Shown in pieces: positions 25,633 through 49,773 of a stretch of 64,000 nucleotides of DNA (its first letter is position 1; the number at the start of each line of letters is the position of its first letter). Position numbers and translations under genes: made by a program. This DNA is from Thermoanaerobaculia bacterium (GTDB lineage: Bacteria; Acidobacteriota; Thermoanaerobaculia; Multivoradales; Multivoraceae): the NCBI GenBank assembly GCA_963666565.1, contig OY762911.1, positions 192,001-256,000 of the forward strand, given 5' to 3'. The notes under the pieces are model-generated. The model saw only the letters and a list, made by a program, of their open reading frames with translations. It had not been told where the DNA came from and made no database searches.

Positions 25633-26182
25633 TTTCGGCACCTCCCCCGTCTTCCTGTGTTGACCTGCCTCCGTTCGTCGAACCGCCCAGGCCGTCGAGC
25701 GACTCCAGGCCCCTCAGCGTCCGGACCTGCTTCTCGTTGCGCAGCGACATGAGTCCGGCGAAGGTGGCCTTGACCACGTTCTGCGGATTCGTCGTCCCCA
25801 GCGACTTGGTCAGGATGTCCTGGATGCCCGCGCCCTCGACCACCGCGCGCACCGCGCCGCCGGCGATCACGCCGGTGCCCTCCGAGGCCGGCTTGAGCAT
25901 CACCCGCCCCGCGCCGAACACGCCCACGGTTTCGTGCGGAATCGTGGTTCCGGCAAGCGGTATCCGCACCAGGTTGCGCTTGGCGATCTGGATTCCCTTG
26001 CGGATGGCCGCCGGAACCTCCTTCGCCTTGCCCGAGCCGTAGCCCACGCGGCCGGCGCCGTCGCCGATCACGACCAGGGCGGTGAACGAGAAGTTCTTGC
26101 CGCCCTTGACGACCTTCGTCACGCGGTTGATGTCGACAACCTGCTCGAAGAACTCGCTGTCGAGATCGATGTTCCTAGCCAC
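25565..26182 (-). CDS. rpsE: 30S ribosomal protein S5
   Basis: [26 protein letters not shown]; long tail overlaps rpmD. Confidence 0.96.
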   Translation of the reverse strand: MARNIDLDSEFFEQVVDINRVTKVVKGGKNFSFTALVVIGDGAGRVGYGSGKAKEVPAAIRKGIQIAKRNLVRIPLAGTTIPHETVGVFGAGRVMLKPASEGTGVIAGGAVRAVVEGAGIQDILTKSLGTTNPQNVVKATFAGLMSLRNEKQVRTLRGLESLDGLGGSTNGGRSTQEDGGGAESGRQDDTDSAGAERDREAEAAT

Positions 26183-26224
26183 TGCTCACTCCTTTGCTCC
26201 CTTGCCGCTCCGGCGCCATGCTCA

Positions 26225-26611
26225 TCAGAACTCGAGGCCTCCCTCGCGTGCGCTGTCCGCCAGCGCCCGGATCCTGCCGTGATAGAGGAACCCGCCCCGG
26301 TCGAAAACGACCACGCGGAAGCCCTTGTCCCGGGCGCGCTCGGCCAGCACCTGACCCACGGCCTGCGCCGCCCTGCAGCTTCCGGTCGAACCCTCGAGCG
26401 CCCCCTGGAGCTCCGACTCGAGCGAACTCGCGAAGGCCAGGGTGCGGCCCGCCCGATCGTCGATCAACTGGGCGTAGATGTGGCGGCGGCTCTTGTGGAC
26501 GGCCAGACGCGGCCTCTCCTGCGAGCCGCGCAGCTTCTTGCGGACGCGGTAGCGCGCCCGCTGCCGCCGCCGGCTGCGGTCGAGGGTTCTCTTTCTGCGC
26601 AGGTCGCTCAT
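26225..26611 (-). CDS. rplR: 50S ribosomal protein L18
   Basis: [27 protein letters not shown]. Confidence 0.98.
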   Translation of the reverse strand: MSDLRRKRTLDRSRRRQRARYRVRKKLRGSQERPRLAVHKSRRHIYAQLIDDRAGRTLAFASSLESELQGALEGSTGSCRAAQAVGQVLAERARDKGFRVVVFDRGGFLYHGRIRALADSAREGGLEF

Positions 26612-26640
26612 GCCTCGTGTCCCCGTTTCCCGAACCTGTC

Positions 26641-27186
26641 CTATGCGGTCGCCGCCGCCTTGCCGACCTTGAGCCGGACGACCTCGTCGCGGTAGCGGAT
26701 GCCCTTGCCCTTGTACGCATCGGGCTTGCGCAGGCTGCGCAGGTCGGCCGCGACCTGCCCCACCTGCTGCTTGTCGTTGCCGGAGACGGCGATGCGATTG
26801 GCCCGATCGTCGATCGACACCTCGACGCCCTCCGGCACCGGGTAGACCACCGGGTGGGAGTACCCGAGCGCGAGATGAACTTCCCGGCCCTTCACTTCTC
26901 CCCGGTAGCCGACGCCGACGATCTCGAGCTCGCGCCGGAAACCCTCGGTGACGCCGACCACCGCGTTCGCCAGCAGCGCCCGCGCCAGACCGTGCCGGGC
27001 GCGCTCCTCGCCGGTCGAACCGGAGCGGTGAAGCGTCACCACGCCGTCCTCGACCCGCACCTCGATGCCCGACTGAAGCGGCTGCTCCAGCTTGCCCCGA
27101 GGTCCTTCGATCGTGACCGTGCCGCCGTCGACCGCGACCGTCGTCTTCTCCGGCAGCGGAATCGGCGCCTTTCCTATGCGCGACAT
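26641..27186 (-). CDS. rplF: 50S ribosomal protein L6
   Basis: [25 protein letters not shown]. Confidence 0.98.
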   Translation of the reverse strand: MSRIGKAPIPLPEKTTVAVDGGTVTIEGPRGKLEQPLQSGIEVRVEDGVVTLHRSGSTGEERARHGLARALLANAVVGVTEGFRRELEIVGVGYRGEVKGREVHLALGYSHPVVYPVPEGVEVSIDDRANRIAVSGNDKQQVGQVAADLRSLRKPDAYKGKGIRYRDEVVRLKVGKAAATA

Positions 27187-27189
27187 CGT

Positions 27190-27588
27190 CTAGTACACCT
27201 CACACAGCACCTCGCCGCCGACCCGCTGCCGGCGCGCCTGGGCGTCGGTCAGAAGGCCCTGCGAGGTGGACAGGATGGCGACCCCCAGCCCGTTCAGCAC
27301 GGGCTTCAGGTCGTCGGCCGCGCGGTAGACGCGACGGCCCGGCTTGCTGATCTTGCGCACCCTGGTGATCGCCGGCACGCCTTCGCGATCGTACGCGAGG
27401 AAGATCCTCAGCGTGCGGCCCGGAGGCGAATCGAACACCTCGTAGTCGCTGATGTAGCCCTGGTCGCGAAGCACCCGGCACAGCGCGATCTTCAGCTTCG
27501 ACGCCGGCGCCTCGGTGCGATCGTGCTTGACGATCAGGGCGTTGCGGATCGTGGTCAGAAGATCCGCGATGGGGTCGGTTACGGTCAT
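27190..27588 (-). CDS. rpsH: 30S ribosomal protein S8
   Basis: [29 protein letters not shown]. Confidence 0.98.
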   Translation of the reverse strand: MTVTDPIADLLTTIRNALIVKHDRTEAPASKLKIALCRVLRDQGYISDYEVFDSPPGRTLRIFLAYDREGVPAITRVRKISKPGRRVYRAADDLKPVLNGLGVAILSTSQGLLTDAQARRQRVGGEVLCEVY

Positions 27589-27626
27589 CGGTCAGTCCTT
27601 GGATTCTCGGTTCTGGTGGCGAAGAT

Positions 27627-28175
27627 TCAACTCGCGAACGGCATGCCGAGGCCGCGCAGCAGGTGCAGCGCCTGGGCGTCCGACTCGGCCGACGTGACCA
27701 GCGTCACGTTGATTCCCTTGGAGCCGTCGCTCTTCGAGTAGTCGACCTCGGGAAAGATGAGGTGATCGCGAATGCCCAGGGTGTAGCTGCCCCGGCCGTC
27801 GAAACTCCGGTCCGAAATGCCGCGGAAGTCCCGCACCCGCGGCAGCGCGACGGTGATCAGCCGGTCGAGGAAGTACCACATCCGGTTGCGGCGCAGCGTC
27901 ACGCGGCAGCCGATCGGCATGCCCGCGCGCAGCTTGAAGGCGGCGATCGACTTGCGGGCGCGGGTGATCACGGGCTGCTGCCCGGCGATCGACGCCAGCT
28001 CGGGCACCGCGTTCTCCAGCACCTTGATGTTCTGGATCGCTTCGCCGATGCCCATGTTGAGGACGATCTTCTCCAGCCGCGGCACCGCCATCGGGTTGGC
28101 GATGCCGAACTCCTGCTGGAGGCTCGTCACGACCTCCTCCTGGTACAGGGTCTTCAATCGGGGAACCATCGTCAT
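27627..28175 (-). CDS. rplE: 50S ribosomal protein L5
   Basis: [23 protein letters not shown]. Confidence 0.98.
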   Translation of the reverse strand: MTMVPRLKTLYQEEVVTSLQQEFGIANPMAVPRLEKIVLNMGIGEAIQNIKVLENAVPELASIAGQQPVITRARKSIAAFKLRAGMPIGCRVTLRRNRMWYFLDRLITVALPRVRDFRGISDRSFDGRGSYTLGIRDHLIFPEVDYSKSDGSKGINVTLVTSAESDAQALHLLRGLGMPFAS

Positions 28176-28179
28176 GTCC

Positions 28180-28521
28180 TCAGCTCAGCACCGCGCCGCT
28201 GACCTTCGCGTAGCGGGTCAGCTTGCCGTCCTCGAGGCGGCGCCGCCCGACCCGCGTCGGCTTGTCCGTGTCCGGGCAGATCACCATCAGGTTCGAGATG
28301 TGGATCGGCGCCTCCCGCTCCAGGATGCCGCCCTGGACCTGGCGTTGCGGGTTCGGCCGCTCGTGCTTCTTGACCATGTTGACGCGCTCGACGATGGCCC
28401 GCTCCGAACCCGGGAGCACGCGCAGCACCCGGCTGCGCGTGCCGCGGTTGCGGCCCGCGATGACCAGGACTTCGTCGCCCTTCTTGATCTTCGGTCTCTT
28501 CCTGTCCTTCGCCCTGGGCAC
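28180..28521 (-). CDS. rplX: 50S ribosomal protein L24
   Basis: [20 protein letters not shown]. Confidence 0.97.
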   Translation of the reverse strand: MPRAKDRKRPKIKKGDEVLVIAGRNRGTRSRVLRVLPGSERAIVERVNMVKKHERPNPQRQVQGGILEREAPIHISNLMVICPDTDKPTRVGRRRLEDGKLTRYAKVSGAVLS

Positions 28522-28522
28522 G

Positions 28523-28891
28523 TCAGATCACCTCCGGCGCCAGCGACACGATCCGCATGAAGCGGCGCTCGCGCAGTTCCCGGGCAACCGGCCCGAAGAC
28601 ACGGGTGCCGATCGGCTCGCGGGCCTCGTTGATCAGGACCGCGGCGTTGTTGTCGAACCGGATGTAGCTGCCGTCCCGCCGGCGGCGCTCCTTGCGGGTG
28701 CGCACGATGACCGCGCGGACCACCTGGCCCTTCTTGACGGCGCCTTCGGGCGTCGCCTCCTTGACCGAGGCCGTGATCACGTCGCCCAGTACGCCGTACT
28801 GGCCCGAAGAACCGCCCCGCAGCTTGATGCAGGAGATGCGCTTCGCGCCGGAGTTGTCGGCGACGTCGAGCATCGTTCCCATCTGGATCAT
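28523..28891 (-). CDS. rplN: 50S ribosomal protein L14
   Basis: [23 protein letters not shown]. Confidence 0.98.
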   Translation of the reverse strand: MIQMGTMLDVADNSGAKRISCIKLRGGSSGQYGVLGDVITASVKEATPEGAVKKGQVVRAVIVRTRKERRRRDGSYIRFDNNAAVLINEAREPIGTRVFGPVARELRERRFMRIVSLAPEVI

Positions 28892-28899
28892 GGTCCCGC

Positions 28900-29184
28900 C
28901 TACCCTTCCGCCCGCTTGACGACCCGCTGCACGCGCCAGCGCTTCCGGCGCGAGATCGGCCGGGTCGAGACGAGGGACACGATGTCTCCCTCGCGGCAGT
29001 CGTTCGCCTCGTCGTGGGCGAGGAAGCGGGACGACTTCTTCATCAGCCGGTGGTACAGCCGATGCATGACCGTCTTCTCGACCGCCACGACGACAGTCTT
29101 GTCCATCTTCGCGCTCACGACCTTGCCTACCCGGACCTGCCGGCGGCCGCGCGGCGCCTGTTGCTCAGCGTTCATGTCATTCAC
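28900..29184 (-). CDS. rpsQ: 30S ribosomal protein S17
   Basis: [24 protein letters not shown]. Confidence 0.97.
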   Translation of the reverse strand: MNDMNAEQQAPRGRRQVRVGKVVSAKMDKTVVVAVEKTVMHRLYHRLMKKSSRFLAHDEANDCREGDIVSLVSTRPISRRKRWRVQRVVKRAEG

Positions 29185-29368
29185 TTCGCCTCTCCCGCAG
29201 AACGGTCAGAACCCGCGCCAGGTCGACCCGGGCGTTCCTGATCCTGCTCGGCTTCTCGAGCTGTCCGATCGACTTCTGGAGCCGCAGCGCGAACAGCCGG
29301 TCGGCCAGTTCCTCCTCCTTCTGCCGGAGTTCGTCCTCCGTCAACTCCCTGAGTTCGCTAGCCTTCAT
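29177..29368 (-). CDS. rpmC: 50S ribosomal protein L29
   Basis: MKASELRELT...LFALRLQ...LARVLTVL. Confidence 0.96.
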   Translation of the reverse strand: MKASELRELTEDELRQKEEELADRLFALRLQKSIGQLEKPSRIRNARVDLARVLTVLRERRSE

Positions 29369-29381
29369 CGCGCGGTCACCT

Positions 29382-29801
29382 TCACATCCGCACGCCGTGG
29401 CGCGCGACGAACTTCGTCTTGATTCCGAGCTTGTGGGAGGCGAGCCGCATCGCCGACCTGGCGAGTTCCGGCGGCACGCCCTCCAGCTCGTAGAGGATCC
29501 GGGCGGGACGAACGACGGCGACCCACTCCTCGGGGTTGCCCTTGCCCTTGCCCATCCTCGTCTCCAGGGGCTTCTTCGTGATCGGCTTGTCCGGGAAGAT
29601 CCGGATCCAGACCTTGCCCGTCCGCTTGATGTGGCGGGTGATCGCGATTCGCGCGGCCTCGATCTGACGCGCGGTGACCCAGCCGGCCTCCTGCGCCTGC
29701 AGCCCGTACTCGCCGAAGGACACCGTGTTGCCGCCCTTCGCCAGACCGCGGCGGCGGCCGCGGTGGTGCTTGCGGAACTTGACTTTCTTCGGCATCAACA
29801 T
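29382..29801 (-). CDS. rplP: 50S ribosomal protein L16
   Basis: [18 protein letters not shown]. Confidence 0.98.
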   Translation of the reverse strand: MLMPKKVKFRKHHRGRRRGLAKGGNTVSFGEYGLQAQEAGWVTARQIEAARIAITRHIKRTGKVWIRIFPDKPITKKPLETRMGKGKGNPEEWVAVVRPARILYELEGVPPELARSAMRLASHKLGIKTKFVARHGVRM

Positions 29802-29834
29802 CGCTGATCGCTCCTTCGAATCCCCGTGCCGGCC

Positions 29835-30485
29835 CTAGGCGGCGGTCCGGCGGCCGCGCTCGCGCGACAGGTCGCCCCGGTAGACCCAGACCTTCACTCC
29901 GATCACCCCGTAGGTCGTGTACGACTCGGCGAACCCGTAGTCGATGTCGGCCTTCAGGGTGTGCAGCGGCAGACGCCCTTCCTGGTACCACTCGGTACGG
30001 GCGATCTCGTTGCCGCCGAGCCGGCCCGACACCATGATCTTGACGCCCTTGGCGCCGAAGCGGAACGCCGATTCCATCGCCTTCTTCATCGCCCGGCGGA
30101 AGGCGATGCGGCGCAGGAGCTGGTTGGCGATCCCCTCGGCGACGAGCTGGGCGTCGAGCTCGGGACGCTGGATCTCCTGGATGTTGATGTGGACTTCCTG
30201 CCCCATCTGCCGGCTCAGGTCGTCGCGCAGCTTGTCGACCTCCGCGCCCTTGCGGCCGATGATGATGCCGGGGCGCGAGGTGTAGATCGTCACCCGCAGC
30301 TTGTCCGCCGCGCGCTCGATGTCGATCTGGCTGACGCCCGCGTGCATGAGGCGCTTCTTCAGACCGGTGCGGAGTTCGATGTCCGACTTCAGGGTGCCGG
30401 CGTAGTCGCGCTCGGCGTACCAGCGCGAGTGCCAGCCCTGGTTGTAGACCAGCCGAAAACCGTAGGGATGTGTCTTCTGACCCAT
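29835..30485 (-). CDS. rpsC: 30S ribosomal protein S3
   Basis: [29 protein letters not shown]. Confidence 0.98.
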   Translation of the reverse strand: MGQKTHPYGFRLVYNQGWHSRWYAERDYAGTLKSDIELRTGLKKRLMHAGVSQIDIERAADKLRVTIYTSRPGIIIGRKGAEVDKLRDDLSRQMGQEVHINIQEIQRPELDAQLVAEGIANQLLRRIAFRRAMKKAMESAFRFGAKGVKIMVSGRLGGNEIARTEWYQEGRLPLHTLKADIDYGFAESYTTYGVIGVKVWVYRGDLSRERGRRTAA

Positions 30486-30493
30486 GAGCGCTC

Positions 30494-30844
30494 CTAGCCT
30501 GCCCGCTCGCCGCGGGAATCGAGCTTGATCGTGACGTGACTCTGCCGCTTGAGGATCCGGAAGGCGCGTCCCATCGGCTGCGGCCGCAGCCGCTTCAGGG
30601 TGGGCCCGCCGTCGACGAAGATCTCCTTGACGTAGAGCTCGCCCAGGTCGACTTCCGGCGCCCGGTTCTCGGCGTTGGCGACCGCCGACCGGAGCAGCTT
30701 GTAAACCGGCCGCGCCGCCGACTTCGTGCTCAACTGGAGCAGGGTCGAGGCCTCCTCCACATCGCGGCCGCGGATCAGGTCCGCCACCAGGCGCACCTTC
30801 TGCGGCGACGCCTGCAGGTACTTGAGTCGTGCGATCGCTTCCAT
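30494..30844 (-). CDS. rplV: 50S ribosomal protein L22
   Basis: [30 protein letters not shown]. Confidence 0.98.
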   Translation of the reverse strand: MEAIARLKYLQASPQKVRLVADLIRGRDVEEASTLLQLSTKSAARPVYKLLRSAVANAENRAPEVDLGELYVKEIFVDGGPTLKRLRPQPMGRAFRILKRQSHVTIKLDSRGERAG

Positions 30845-30877
30845 CGTTCTCTCTCTGTCTTCCGGTTCCGTTCGTCG

Positions 30878-31165
30878 CTACCGGGGACGCGCCCGGCGCT
30901 CCCGCTTGCCGCCCGCGTGGCCCCGGAAGGTCCGCGTCTGGGCGAACTCTCCGAGCTTGTGGCCGACCATGTTCTCGCTGACGAAGACCGGAATGAACCG
31001 CATGCCGTTGTGAACGGCGACGGTGTGACCCACCATGTCGGGGATGATCGTGGAGCGGCGCGACCAGGTCTTGATGACCCGGCGGTCGCCCGTCGCGTTC
31101 ATCGCCGCCACCTTGTCGTACAGGTGGTTGTCGATGAAGAAGCCCTTCCTGAGTGAACGTCCCAT
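30878..31165 (-). CDS. rpsS: 30S ribosomal protein S19
   Basis: [18 protein letters not shown]. Confidence 0.98.
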   Translation of the reverse strand: MGRSLRKGFFIDNHLYDKVAAMNATGDRRVIKTWSRRSTIIPDMVGHTVAVHNGMRFIPVFVSENMVGHKLGEFAQTRTFRGHAGGKRERRARPR

Positions 31166-31191
31166 GCTGTCCCCCGCTCCGTGCCGCCGGC

Positions 31192-32022
31192 CTACTTGCG
31201 GCGTCCCCGCCGCCGGACGATCATGCCGGTCGTGCGCTTGTTGCTGCGTGTCTTGTAGCCCTTGGTCGGCTTGCCCCAGGGCGTCGTGGGATGCCGCCCG
31301 CCCGACGCCTTGCCCTCGCCGCCGCCCATCGGATGGTCGACCGGGTTCATCGATACGCCGCGGTTGTGCGGCCGCCGGCCCCGCCAGCGGTTCCGGCCCG
31401 CCTTGCCGAGCGAGATGTTCGAGTGCTCCGAGTTGCCGACCTGGCCGATCGTGGCCGAGCAGTCGATGTGGACGCGGCGCACCTCTCCCGAGGGAAGCCG
31501 GACCTGGGCGTAGGACCCCTCCTTCGCCATCAACTGGGCGCCCGCGCCGGCGCTGCGGACCATCTGGCCGCCGGCGCCGATCTTCAGTTCGATGTTGTGG
31601 ACGATCGTGCCGAGGGGGATGAACCGGATCGGCAGGCAGTTGCCGACGTCGATCTCCGCTCCTTCGCCGGACTGCACCGTGGCGCCGACCTTGAGTCCCT
31701 GGGGATGGAGGATGTAGCGCTTCTCGCCGTCGGCGTAGTGCAGCAGCGAGATCAGCGCGGTCCGGTTCGGGTCGTACTCGATGCTGGCCACCTTCGCCGG
31801 CACGCCGACCTTGTCGCGCCGGAAGTCGATCCGCCGGTAGCGGCGCTTGTGGCCGCCGCCGCGGAACCAGATCGTCTGCCAGCCCTTGTTGTTCCGGCCG
31901 CTGATCCGCTTCTTGCCTTCGACCAGAGGCTTGTGCGGCCGGTTCGTCGTGACCTCTTCCCGCCGGGCGTACTCCTGGAAGCGGCTCGCGGGATTCGTCG
32001 GTTTGAGTTTCTTGATCGCCAT
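31192..32022 (-). CDS. rplB: 50S ribosomal protein L2
   Basis: [21 protein letters not shown]. Confidence 0.98.
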   Translation of the reverse strand: MAIKKLKPTNPASRFQEYARREEVTTNRPHKPLVEGKKRISGRNNKGWQTIWFRGGGHKRRYRRIDFRRDKVGVPAKVASIEYDPNRTALISLLHYADGEKRYILHPQGLKVGATVQSGEGAEIDVGNCLPIRFIPLGTIVHNIELKIGAGGQMVRSAGAGAQLMAKEGSYAQVRLPSGEVRRVHIDCSATIGQVGNSEHSNISLGKAGRNRWRGRRPHNRGVSMNPVDHPMGGGEGKASGGRHPTTPWGKPTKGYKTRSNKRTTGMIVRRRGRRK

Positions 32023-32034
32023 TCTCGACTCTCG

Positions 32035-32322
32035 CTACACGTTGTCGAAGAGATCGATCTGGCCTTCGGCCAGCCGGACGTAGGCCTTCTTCCAGTCGGG
32101 CGTCCGGCCGACGAAGCGGCCGCGCCGGCGGACCTTGCCGTGCACGTTCGCGATCCGGACGTCGGCCACCTTGACGCCGGCGAACTGCGCCTCGACCGCC
32201 TTCCGCACCTCGATCTTGTTGGCCCGGGAGTCGACCACGAAGGCGATGACGTTGCTCGAGTCCCTCAGTTCCGTCGACTTCTCGGTGATCAACGGCCGCC
32301 GGATCACGTCCTGCATCCTCAT
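32035..32322 (-). CDS. rplW: 50S ribosomal protein L23
   Basis: [29 protein letters not shown]. Confidence 0.96.
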   Translation of the reverse strand: MRMQDVIRRPLITEKSTELRDSSNVIAFVVDSRANKIEVRKAVEAQFAGVKVADVRIANVHGKVRRRGRFVGRTPDWKKAYVRLAEGQIDLFDNV

Positions 32323-32972
32323 GATTCGCTCCCGTTCTCCCGCCCGCGCCGCTTGAGCACGGCGGCGAGGCGGCCGATCGCGTTCTCGCTGAACAGCAGG
32401 TAGCCGCGGTCGACCACGTCGTAGACGTCGACCCCCATCGCGTCGACCGCCTTCAGCCGCGGGTGGTTGCGCGAGGCCAGCATCAGGTTCCGGTTGCCGC
32501 GGTCGTCGACGATCAGCAACTTGCCCTCGATGCCCAGGCCTTCCAGCCGGGCCGCGAGGGCGCCCGTCTTGTGGCTGTCGAGTTCGAAGGAGTCGATCAC
32601 CACGATCCGCTCCTCGAGCAGCTTCCTCGACAGCGCCGACTTGAGGGCGTTCCGCTTCTCGTTCCGGGACAGCCCGTTGCGATGGCTCCGGGGACGAGGT
32701 CCGTGGACGACTCCGCCGCCCCGCCGGATCGGCGAGCGCCGGCTGCCGGCGCGGGCGCGGCCCGTGCCCTTCTGGCGGTGCGGCTTGGCCCCGGAGCCCC
32801 GCACTTCGTGCCTGCCCTTGACCTTGTGGGATCCGGCGCGCCGCGCCGCCCGCAGGGCCACCACCGCCAGGTGGATCAGGTGCTCCTTGTAGGGGTAGCC
32901 GAAGACCTCCTCCGGCAGGTCGACCTGGCCGACCGCCTCGTTGTCGAGATTCCTGACAGCAAGTTCCGGCAT
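32319..32972 (-). CDS. rplD: 50S ribosomal protein L4
   Basis: [26 protein letters not shown]. Confidence 0.96.
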   Translation of the reverse strand: MPELAVRNLDNEAVGQVDLPEEVFGYPYKEHLIHLAVVALRAARRAGSHKVKGRHEVRGSGAKPHRQKGTGRARAGSRRSPIRRGGGVVHGPRPRSHRNGLSRNEKRNALKSALSRKLLEERIVVIDSFELDSHKTGALAARLEGLGIEGKLLIVDDRGNRNLMLASRNHPRLKAVDAMGVDVYDVVDRGYLLFSENAIGRLAAVLKRRGRENGSES

Positions 32973-33616
32973 CAGACCGAACTCCGAACCATGACCAGAC
33001 CGCTGCGCGCGCCCGGGACCGCGCCGCGCAGGTAGAGCAGGCGGTTCTCGGCATCCACCTTGACCACGACGAGCTTCTTCGTCGTGATCCGCTTGCCGCC
33101 CATCCGGCCGGGGAACCGCATGCCCGGGAACACGCGGGAAGGACTCGCGGACTGCCCGACCGAGCCGGGAGCGCGATGGAACATCGAACCGTGGGTGGCG
33201 CGGCCGCCGCCGAAGCCGTGCCGGCGCATTACGCCCTGGAATCCCTTGCCCTTGCCCGTGCCGACGACGTCGACCCGGGAACCGACCTCGAAGATCGAAA
33301 CCTCGATCTCGTCGCCCGGCTGCGACTCGTCCGCGGCGTCGACCCGCACCTCGGCCAGGTGGCGCATCGGGTCGACCCCGGCCTTCCGGAAGTGGCCCCG
33401 CCGCGGCTCGGTGATCCGCTTCGGCGGCTTCTTCTCGACCAGGCCGATCTGCACCGCCTCGTACCCGTCGGACGCTTCCGTCTTGCGCTGCACGACCCGG
33501 CACGGACCGACCTCGAGCACCGTGACCGGCACCGCGGCGCCGTCCTCGGCGTAGATCTGCGTCATGCCGATCTTGCGACCCAGCAGTCCCTTCGACTGGC
33601 CCCTGTTACCGCTCAC
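32972..33616 (-). CDS. rplC: 50S ribosomal protein L3
   Basis: GLLGRKIGMTQ, KGKGFQGVMRRHGF, GAVPG. Confidence 0.96.
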   Translation of the reverse strand: MSGNRGQSKGLLGRKIGMTQIYAEDGAAVPVTVLEVGPCRVVQRKTEASDGYEAVQIGLVEKKPPKRITEPRRGHFRKAGVDPMRHLAEVRVDAADESQPGDEIEVSIFEVGSRVDVVGTGKGKGFQGVMRRHGFGGGRATHGSMFHRAPGSVGQSASPSRVFPGMRFPGRMGGKRITTKKLVVVKVDAENRLLYLRGAVPGARSGLVMVRSSV

Positions 33617-33648
33617 CGCCGTTCTCCCTGAAATTCCCTTGGGCCGAC

Positions 33649-33963
<315 letters not shown>

Positions 33964-34014
33964 CGTTCCCTCGAATCCCAACTTCCCTCGATCGCTCGGC
34001 GCACCCCGGACCGT

Positions 34015-35208
<1,194 letters not shown>

Positions 35209-35287
35209 GAGGTTGCTCCTGCTATCTCGCTCTGATCCTTGAGGTGTCTCGGTTACAAAAAGGGGCTTGGTTCTTCTGCGGAGGCGG

Positions 35288-37384
<2,097 letters not shown>

Positions 37385-37466
37385 GGCGGCGATTCGAACG
37401 GTTGGCAGAAAGAGCAGGTTTGACGGACGGATTCGTGACGATTTTCTGAAGGGGTTCAATGCGGGA

Positions 37467-37493
37467 GTCGCCGCCTTGCGGGAAGGCGGCGAC
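37467..37493. terminator. Perfect 11-bp hairpin between rpsG and fusA (no U tract; terminator/stabiliser uncertain)
   Basis: GTCGCCGCCTT-GCGGG-AAGGCGGCGAC. Confidence 0.35.
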
Positions 37494-37569
37494 GCAACGG
37501 GACGGGCCGTGGACGACCGGCGGCCGGAAACGCGATCGGGACCCCCGCGGGGCGGACCCGAGCCGTTCG

Positions 37570-38043
37570 CTACCAGCGGTAGTGGGAGAAAGCCCTGTTC
37601 GCTTCTGCCATCCGGTGGGTGTCCTCTTTCCTCTTGATCGCGACTCCGCGGTTCTCGGCGGCGTCCAGCAACTCGCCGGCCAACCGCAGTCTCATCGTCT
37701 TCTCGCCCCGCCCCTTCGCCGCCTGGATCAGCCAGCGCATGGCCAGCGCGAGCTTGCGCGCGGGCCGCACCTCGATCGGGACCTGGTACGTCGAGCCGCC
37801 GACCCGGCGCGACTTGACCTCCACCGCCGGCTTCACGTTGTCGATCGCCTTCTGGAAGACCGCTACCGGATCCTCCTCCCCCGTCCGCTCCCCGATCGTC
37901 GCCAGGGCGTCGTAGAGGATGCGTTCGGCGACGGACTTCTTGCCGTCCTTCATCAGGACGTTGACGAACTTGCTGACCAACTGGGAGTGGTACAGCGGAT
38001 CGGGCAGGATCTGGCGCTTCGGGACTTCGCGGCGTCGGGGCAT
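37570..38043 (-). CDS. rpsG: 30S ribosomal protein S7
   Basis: [30 protein letters not shown]. Confidence 0.98.
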   Translation of the reverse strand: MPRRREVPKRQILPDPLYHSQLVSKFVNVLMKDGKKSVAERILYDALATIGERTGEEDPVAVFQKAIDNVKPAVEVKSRRVGGSTYQVPIEVRPARKLALAMRWLIQAAKGRGEKTMRLRLAGELLDAAENRGVAIKRKEDTHRMAEANRAFSHYRW

Positions 38044-38059
38044 GAGGAGGCTCCGTCGA

Positions 38060-38434
38060 TCAGGCCTTGGGGCGCTTGGCGCCGTACTTGGAGCGCCCGC
38101 GTCGACGATCGTCGACGCCGACCGCGTCCAGCGTGCCGCGAATGACGTGGTAGCGGACGCCGGGCAGGTCCTTCACCCGGCCGCCGCGAATGAGCACGAT
38201 GGAGTGCTCCTGGAGGTTGTGGCCGACGCCCGGAATGTAGGTCGTGACCTCGATGCCGTTCGTCAGGCGCACCCGCGCCACCTTGCGCAACGCCGAGTTC
38301 GGCTTCTTGGGCGTCTGGGTGTAGACGCGAACGCACACGCCCCGCCGCTGCGGCGAGGCCTGGAGCGCCGGACTCTTGGTCTTCGCGACCTGGCGTCGGC
38401 GGCCCTTTCGGACCAGTTGGCGGATGGTGGGCAT
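38060..38434 (-). CDS. rpsL: 30S ribosomal protein S12
   Basis: [34 protein letters not shown]. Confidence 0.98.
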   Translation of the reverse strand: MPTIRQLVRKGRRRQVAKTKSPALQASPQRRGVCVRVYTQTPKKPNSALRKVARVRLTNGIEVTTYIPGVGHNLQEHSIVLIRGGRVKDLPGVRYHVIRGTLDAVGVDDRRRGRSKYGAKRPKA

Positions 38435-38694
38435 GGGGTGCTCTCGCTCCAGCGGGACTCTCTTGCGTGTGCCGGGAACCCGGCGATGTCGGCGACCGGC
38501 GCCGCGAACGGAGCGGGCCGAACCGAGCCGACCCGGACCAACCCGAGGCGGCCGAAACGAGCAGGCCGGTCGACCGCGGGCGCCGTAACGGACCGCGCGC
38601 GGCACCGGGCGACCGCCCGGTTCGGAGCCTGACTCGCTGAGTGAAGTTGGGATTGTCTCTCGGCTCGCTCCGCGCGAGCCGCACAAGGGCGCGA

Positions 38695-38724
38695 ACGTTA
38701 GCAGAAAGCGGAGATCCGGGGCAA
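38695..38724 (-). promoter_or_regulatory. Candidate str operon promoter
   Basis: TTGCCC-18 bp-TAACGT with extended TG. Confidence 0.4.
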
Positions 38725-38736
38725 CCCCGAAAGCTC

Positions 38737-42942
<4,206 letters not shown>

Positions 42943-42953
42943 CGCGCGACCTC

Positions 42954-47231
<4,278 letters not shown>

Positions 47232-47499
47232 GCTTCGATGTCCTCTACGTCGGTTCCTCTGCTACGAGGGGAGTGAGGGGAGAGTGGGGCGGTGTTGCGG
47301 GGTGGGCGGCGCCGGGGAAAGGTCCGCGAACTCCCCCGCACTCCGCCGCTGGAGCGGACGGGGACGAGGGAGCGCTGCGGCGAGGGAGCAACCACACGAA
47401 TGCCGGCCCGGCGCCGGCCTCGGCGGGCGCCGGGGCGCCGGGTCGAGAATGGCCGGCCCGATTCCAAGCCGCCCACGGATTGGATCGTCAGCCGAAATG

Positions 47500-47877
47500 T
47501 TACTTGACCTCGGCCTGACCGCCGGCCTCCTCCAGTTTCCCCTTGACCTCTTCGGCCTCTTCCTTCGAAACGCCCTCCTTGACCGCGACCGGCGCCGACT
47601 CGACCAGGTCCTTGGCCTCCTTCAGGCCCAGGCTGGTGACCTCGCGCACGACCTTGATCACGGCGATCTTCTTGTCCCCGAAGGAGGTCAACTGGACGTC
47701 GAACTCCGTCTGCTCTTCCGCTTCCTGGACCTCGCCGGCGCCCGCGGCCGCCATCGGGACCGCGGCCGCCGCCGCCGACACGCCGTAGTGCTCTTCGAGC
47801 TCCTTGACGAGCGTGTTCAGCTCCAGGACGGTCATCTCGTCGATCTGCTTGATCAGATCCGCTGCTGCTACTGCCAT
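47500..47877 (-). CDS. rplL: 50S ribosomal protein L7/L12
   Basis: [29 protein letters not shown]. Confidence 0.98.
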   Translation of the reverse strand: MAVAAADLIKQIDEMTVLELNTLVKELEEHYGVSAAAAAVPMAAAGAGEVQEAEEQTEFDVQLTSFGDKKIAVIKVVREVTSLGLKEAKDLVESAPVAVKEGVSKEEAEEVKGKLEEAGGQAEVK

Positions 47878-47949
47878 CTTCTTGGCTCCCCTTGCGGTTA
47901 ACCGGCGCCGGCTCGGCGCCGCGCTTCCAACCTTCCTGACAGGGCCGAA

Positions 47950-48477
47950 TCAGCCCTCTTCCTTCTGACTTGCAACCTGGTTCAGTGCCCGCAGGAACTG
48001 CGGCGTGACGTCTCCGAGGCCCCGCACCAGCCGCACGACCGGCGACTGGAGCAGGAACAGGAGCTTCGCCACCAGCGCCTCCCGGCTGGGCAGACTCGCG
48101 ATTTCCTGGATCGCCTCGGCCGACACCCGCTGGCCGTCGACCAGGCCGGCCTTGAACTCGAGGACCGGCACGTCGTCCGCGAACTCGGTCAGCGTCTTGG
48201 CCAGCCCCACGGGATCGTCGTCGCTCCAGGCGATCGCGGTCGGCCCGACGAGGTGGTCCGACAGGACGCCCAGGCCGCTGTCCTCGAACGCGAGCCTGGC
48301 GATCCGGTTCTTCACCACCGAGTACCTGCCGCCCGCCGTCCGCACCCGGCGCCGCAGGTCGTCGACCTGCCCGACCGTGATGCCGGAGAAGCCCACCAGG
48401 AACGCGTGCGGCGCGGCCGCCATGTCGCTCCGGTAGCCGGCCAGCAGTTCGGCCTTCGTCTCTCGCGTCAACGCCAT
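47950..48477 (-). CDS. rplJ: 50S ribosomal protein L10
   Basis: VVKNRIARLA, GPTAIA, IASLPSRE; position. Confidence 0.96.
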   Translation of the reverse strand: MALTRETKAELLAGYRSDMAAAPHAFLVGFSGITVGQVDDLRRRVRTAGGRYSVVKNRIARLAFEDSGLGVLSDHLVGPTAIAWSDDDPVGLAKTLTEFADDVPVLEFKAGLVDGQRVSAEAIQEIASLPSREALVAKLLFLLQSPVVRLVRGLGDVTPQFLRALNQVASQKEEG

Positions 48478-48510
48478 CTCTCTCGACCTCCTCGTGACCG
48501 GCCGGGCAGG

Positions 48511-49215
48511 CTACGCGGCCTCGACCGCGGCGGCTTCGGCCGCGTCGACCCGCACGCCCGGACCCATCGTCGAACTCAGACTGACGGAACGCACGTAGGC
48601 GCCCTTGGTGGCGCTCGGGCGCGCGCGCATGATCTCGGAGAGCAGCGCCGTCGCGTTCTCCACCAGCCTCTCCGTGTCGAACGAGACCTTGCCGAGCGGG
48701 GCGTGGACGACGCCGGCCTTGTCCACGCGGAAGTTGACCTTGCCCGCCTTGATGTCCTCGATCGCCTTCGTCACGTCGGGAGTGACCGTGCCGGTCTTCG
48801 GGTTCGGCATCAGGCCGCGCGGCCCGAGGACGCGACCGAGGCGGCCGACGACCCGCATCATGTCCGGGGTCGCCACCACGGCGTCGAAGTCGAGCCAGCC
48901 GTCCTGGATCCGGGCCGCGAGTTCCTCGCCGCCGACGTGATCGGCGCCCGCCGCTTCGGCTTCCTGCAGCTTCTCGCCCGAGGCGAACACGAGCACCCGG
49001 ACCGTGCGGCCGGTGCCATGGGGCAGCACGACCGTGCCGCGGACCATCTGGTCCGCGTGCCGGGGATTGACTCCCAGCCGGATCGCGATCTCGACCGTTT
49101 CGTCGAACTTCGCGAAACTGCCGTTCCTGACCCGCTCCAGCGCCTCCTGAAGCCCGTGCTGACGGTCTTCCACGAGGGCGTCCGCTTCCCTGTACTTCCT
49201 GCCTCGAATGGCCAC
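48511..49215 (-). CDS. rplA: 50S ribosomal protein L1
   Basis: [29 protein letters not shown]. Confidence 0.98.
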   Translation of the reverse strand: MAIRGRKYREADALVEDRQHGLQEALERVRNGSFAKFDETVEIAIRLGVNPRHADQMVRGTVVLPHGTGRTVRVLVFASGEKLQEAEAAGADHVGGEELAARIQDGWLDFDAVVATPDMMRVVGRLGRVLGPRGLMPNPKTGTVTPDVTKAIEDIKAGKVNFRVDKAGVVHAPLGKVSFDTERLVENATALLSEIMRARPSATKGAYVRSVSLSSTMGPGVRVDAAEAAAVEAA

Positions 49216-49260
49216 GCGCGTTTCTCCCTTGACTCCCGGTTCCCGGCGCCTTCCGCGCCG

Positions 49261-49701
49261 TCAGGCGACGATCTCCAGGCCCATCGAACGGGCGGTGCCG
49301 GCGATGATCCGGCAGGCGCCCTCCAGGTCGACGGCGTTCAGATCGGGCATCTTCGTCCGGGCGATCTCCTCGAGCTGCGACCGGGTCACCTGGCCGACCT
49401 TGTCCCGGTTCGGCTCGGAAGACCCCTTGTCCCTGGCCGCGGCCTTGAGCAGCAGAACGGCGGCCGGGGGCGTCTTCGTGATGAACGTGTAGGTGCGGTC
49501 CGCGTACACCGTGATCACCACCGGGATGATCAGGCCGGCCTCGTCCTGGGTCCTGGCGTTGAACGCCTTGCAGAAGTCCATGATGTTGAGCCCCGCCTGG
49601 CCCAGCGCGGGCCCGACCGGGGGCGCCGGCGTAGCCCCGCCGGCGGGGATCTGCAGCTTGATCTGCCCCGCCACTCTCTTGCCTGTCGTTCTCGGCGCCA
49701 T
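49261..49701 (-). CDS. rplK: 50S ribosomal protein L11
   Basis: [29 protein letters not shown]. Confidence 0.98.
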   Translation of the reverse strand: MAPRTTGKRVAGQIKLQIPAGGATPAPPVGPALGQAGLNIMDFCKAFNARTQDEAGLIIPVVITVYADRTYTFITKTPPAAVLLLKAAARDKGSSEPNRDKVGQVTRSQLEEIARTKMPDLNAVDLEGACRIIAGTARSMGLEIVA

Positions 49702-49773
49702 CGATCGCTACCTGCCTGTCTCTTCGTCCCGAAACCCGTTCAAGGCTTCCCGTTCCACTCCAGACGCGCTCCC

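Noticed and set aside
47232-47499. GC-rich rplL-rpoB spacer as a structured attenuator
   Set aside because: Hairpins are expected by chance at this GC content; no second copy or covariation evidence.
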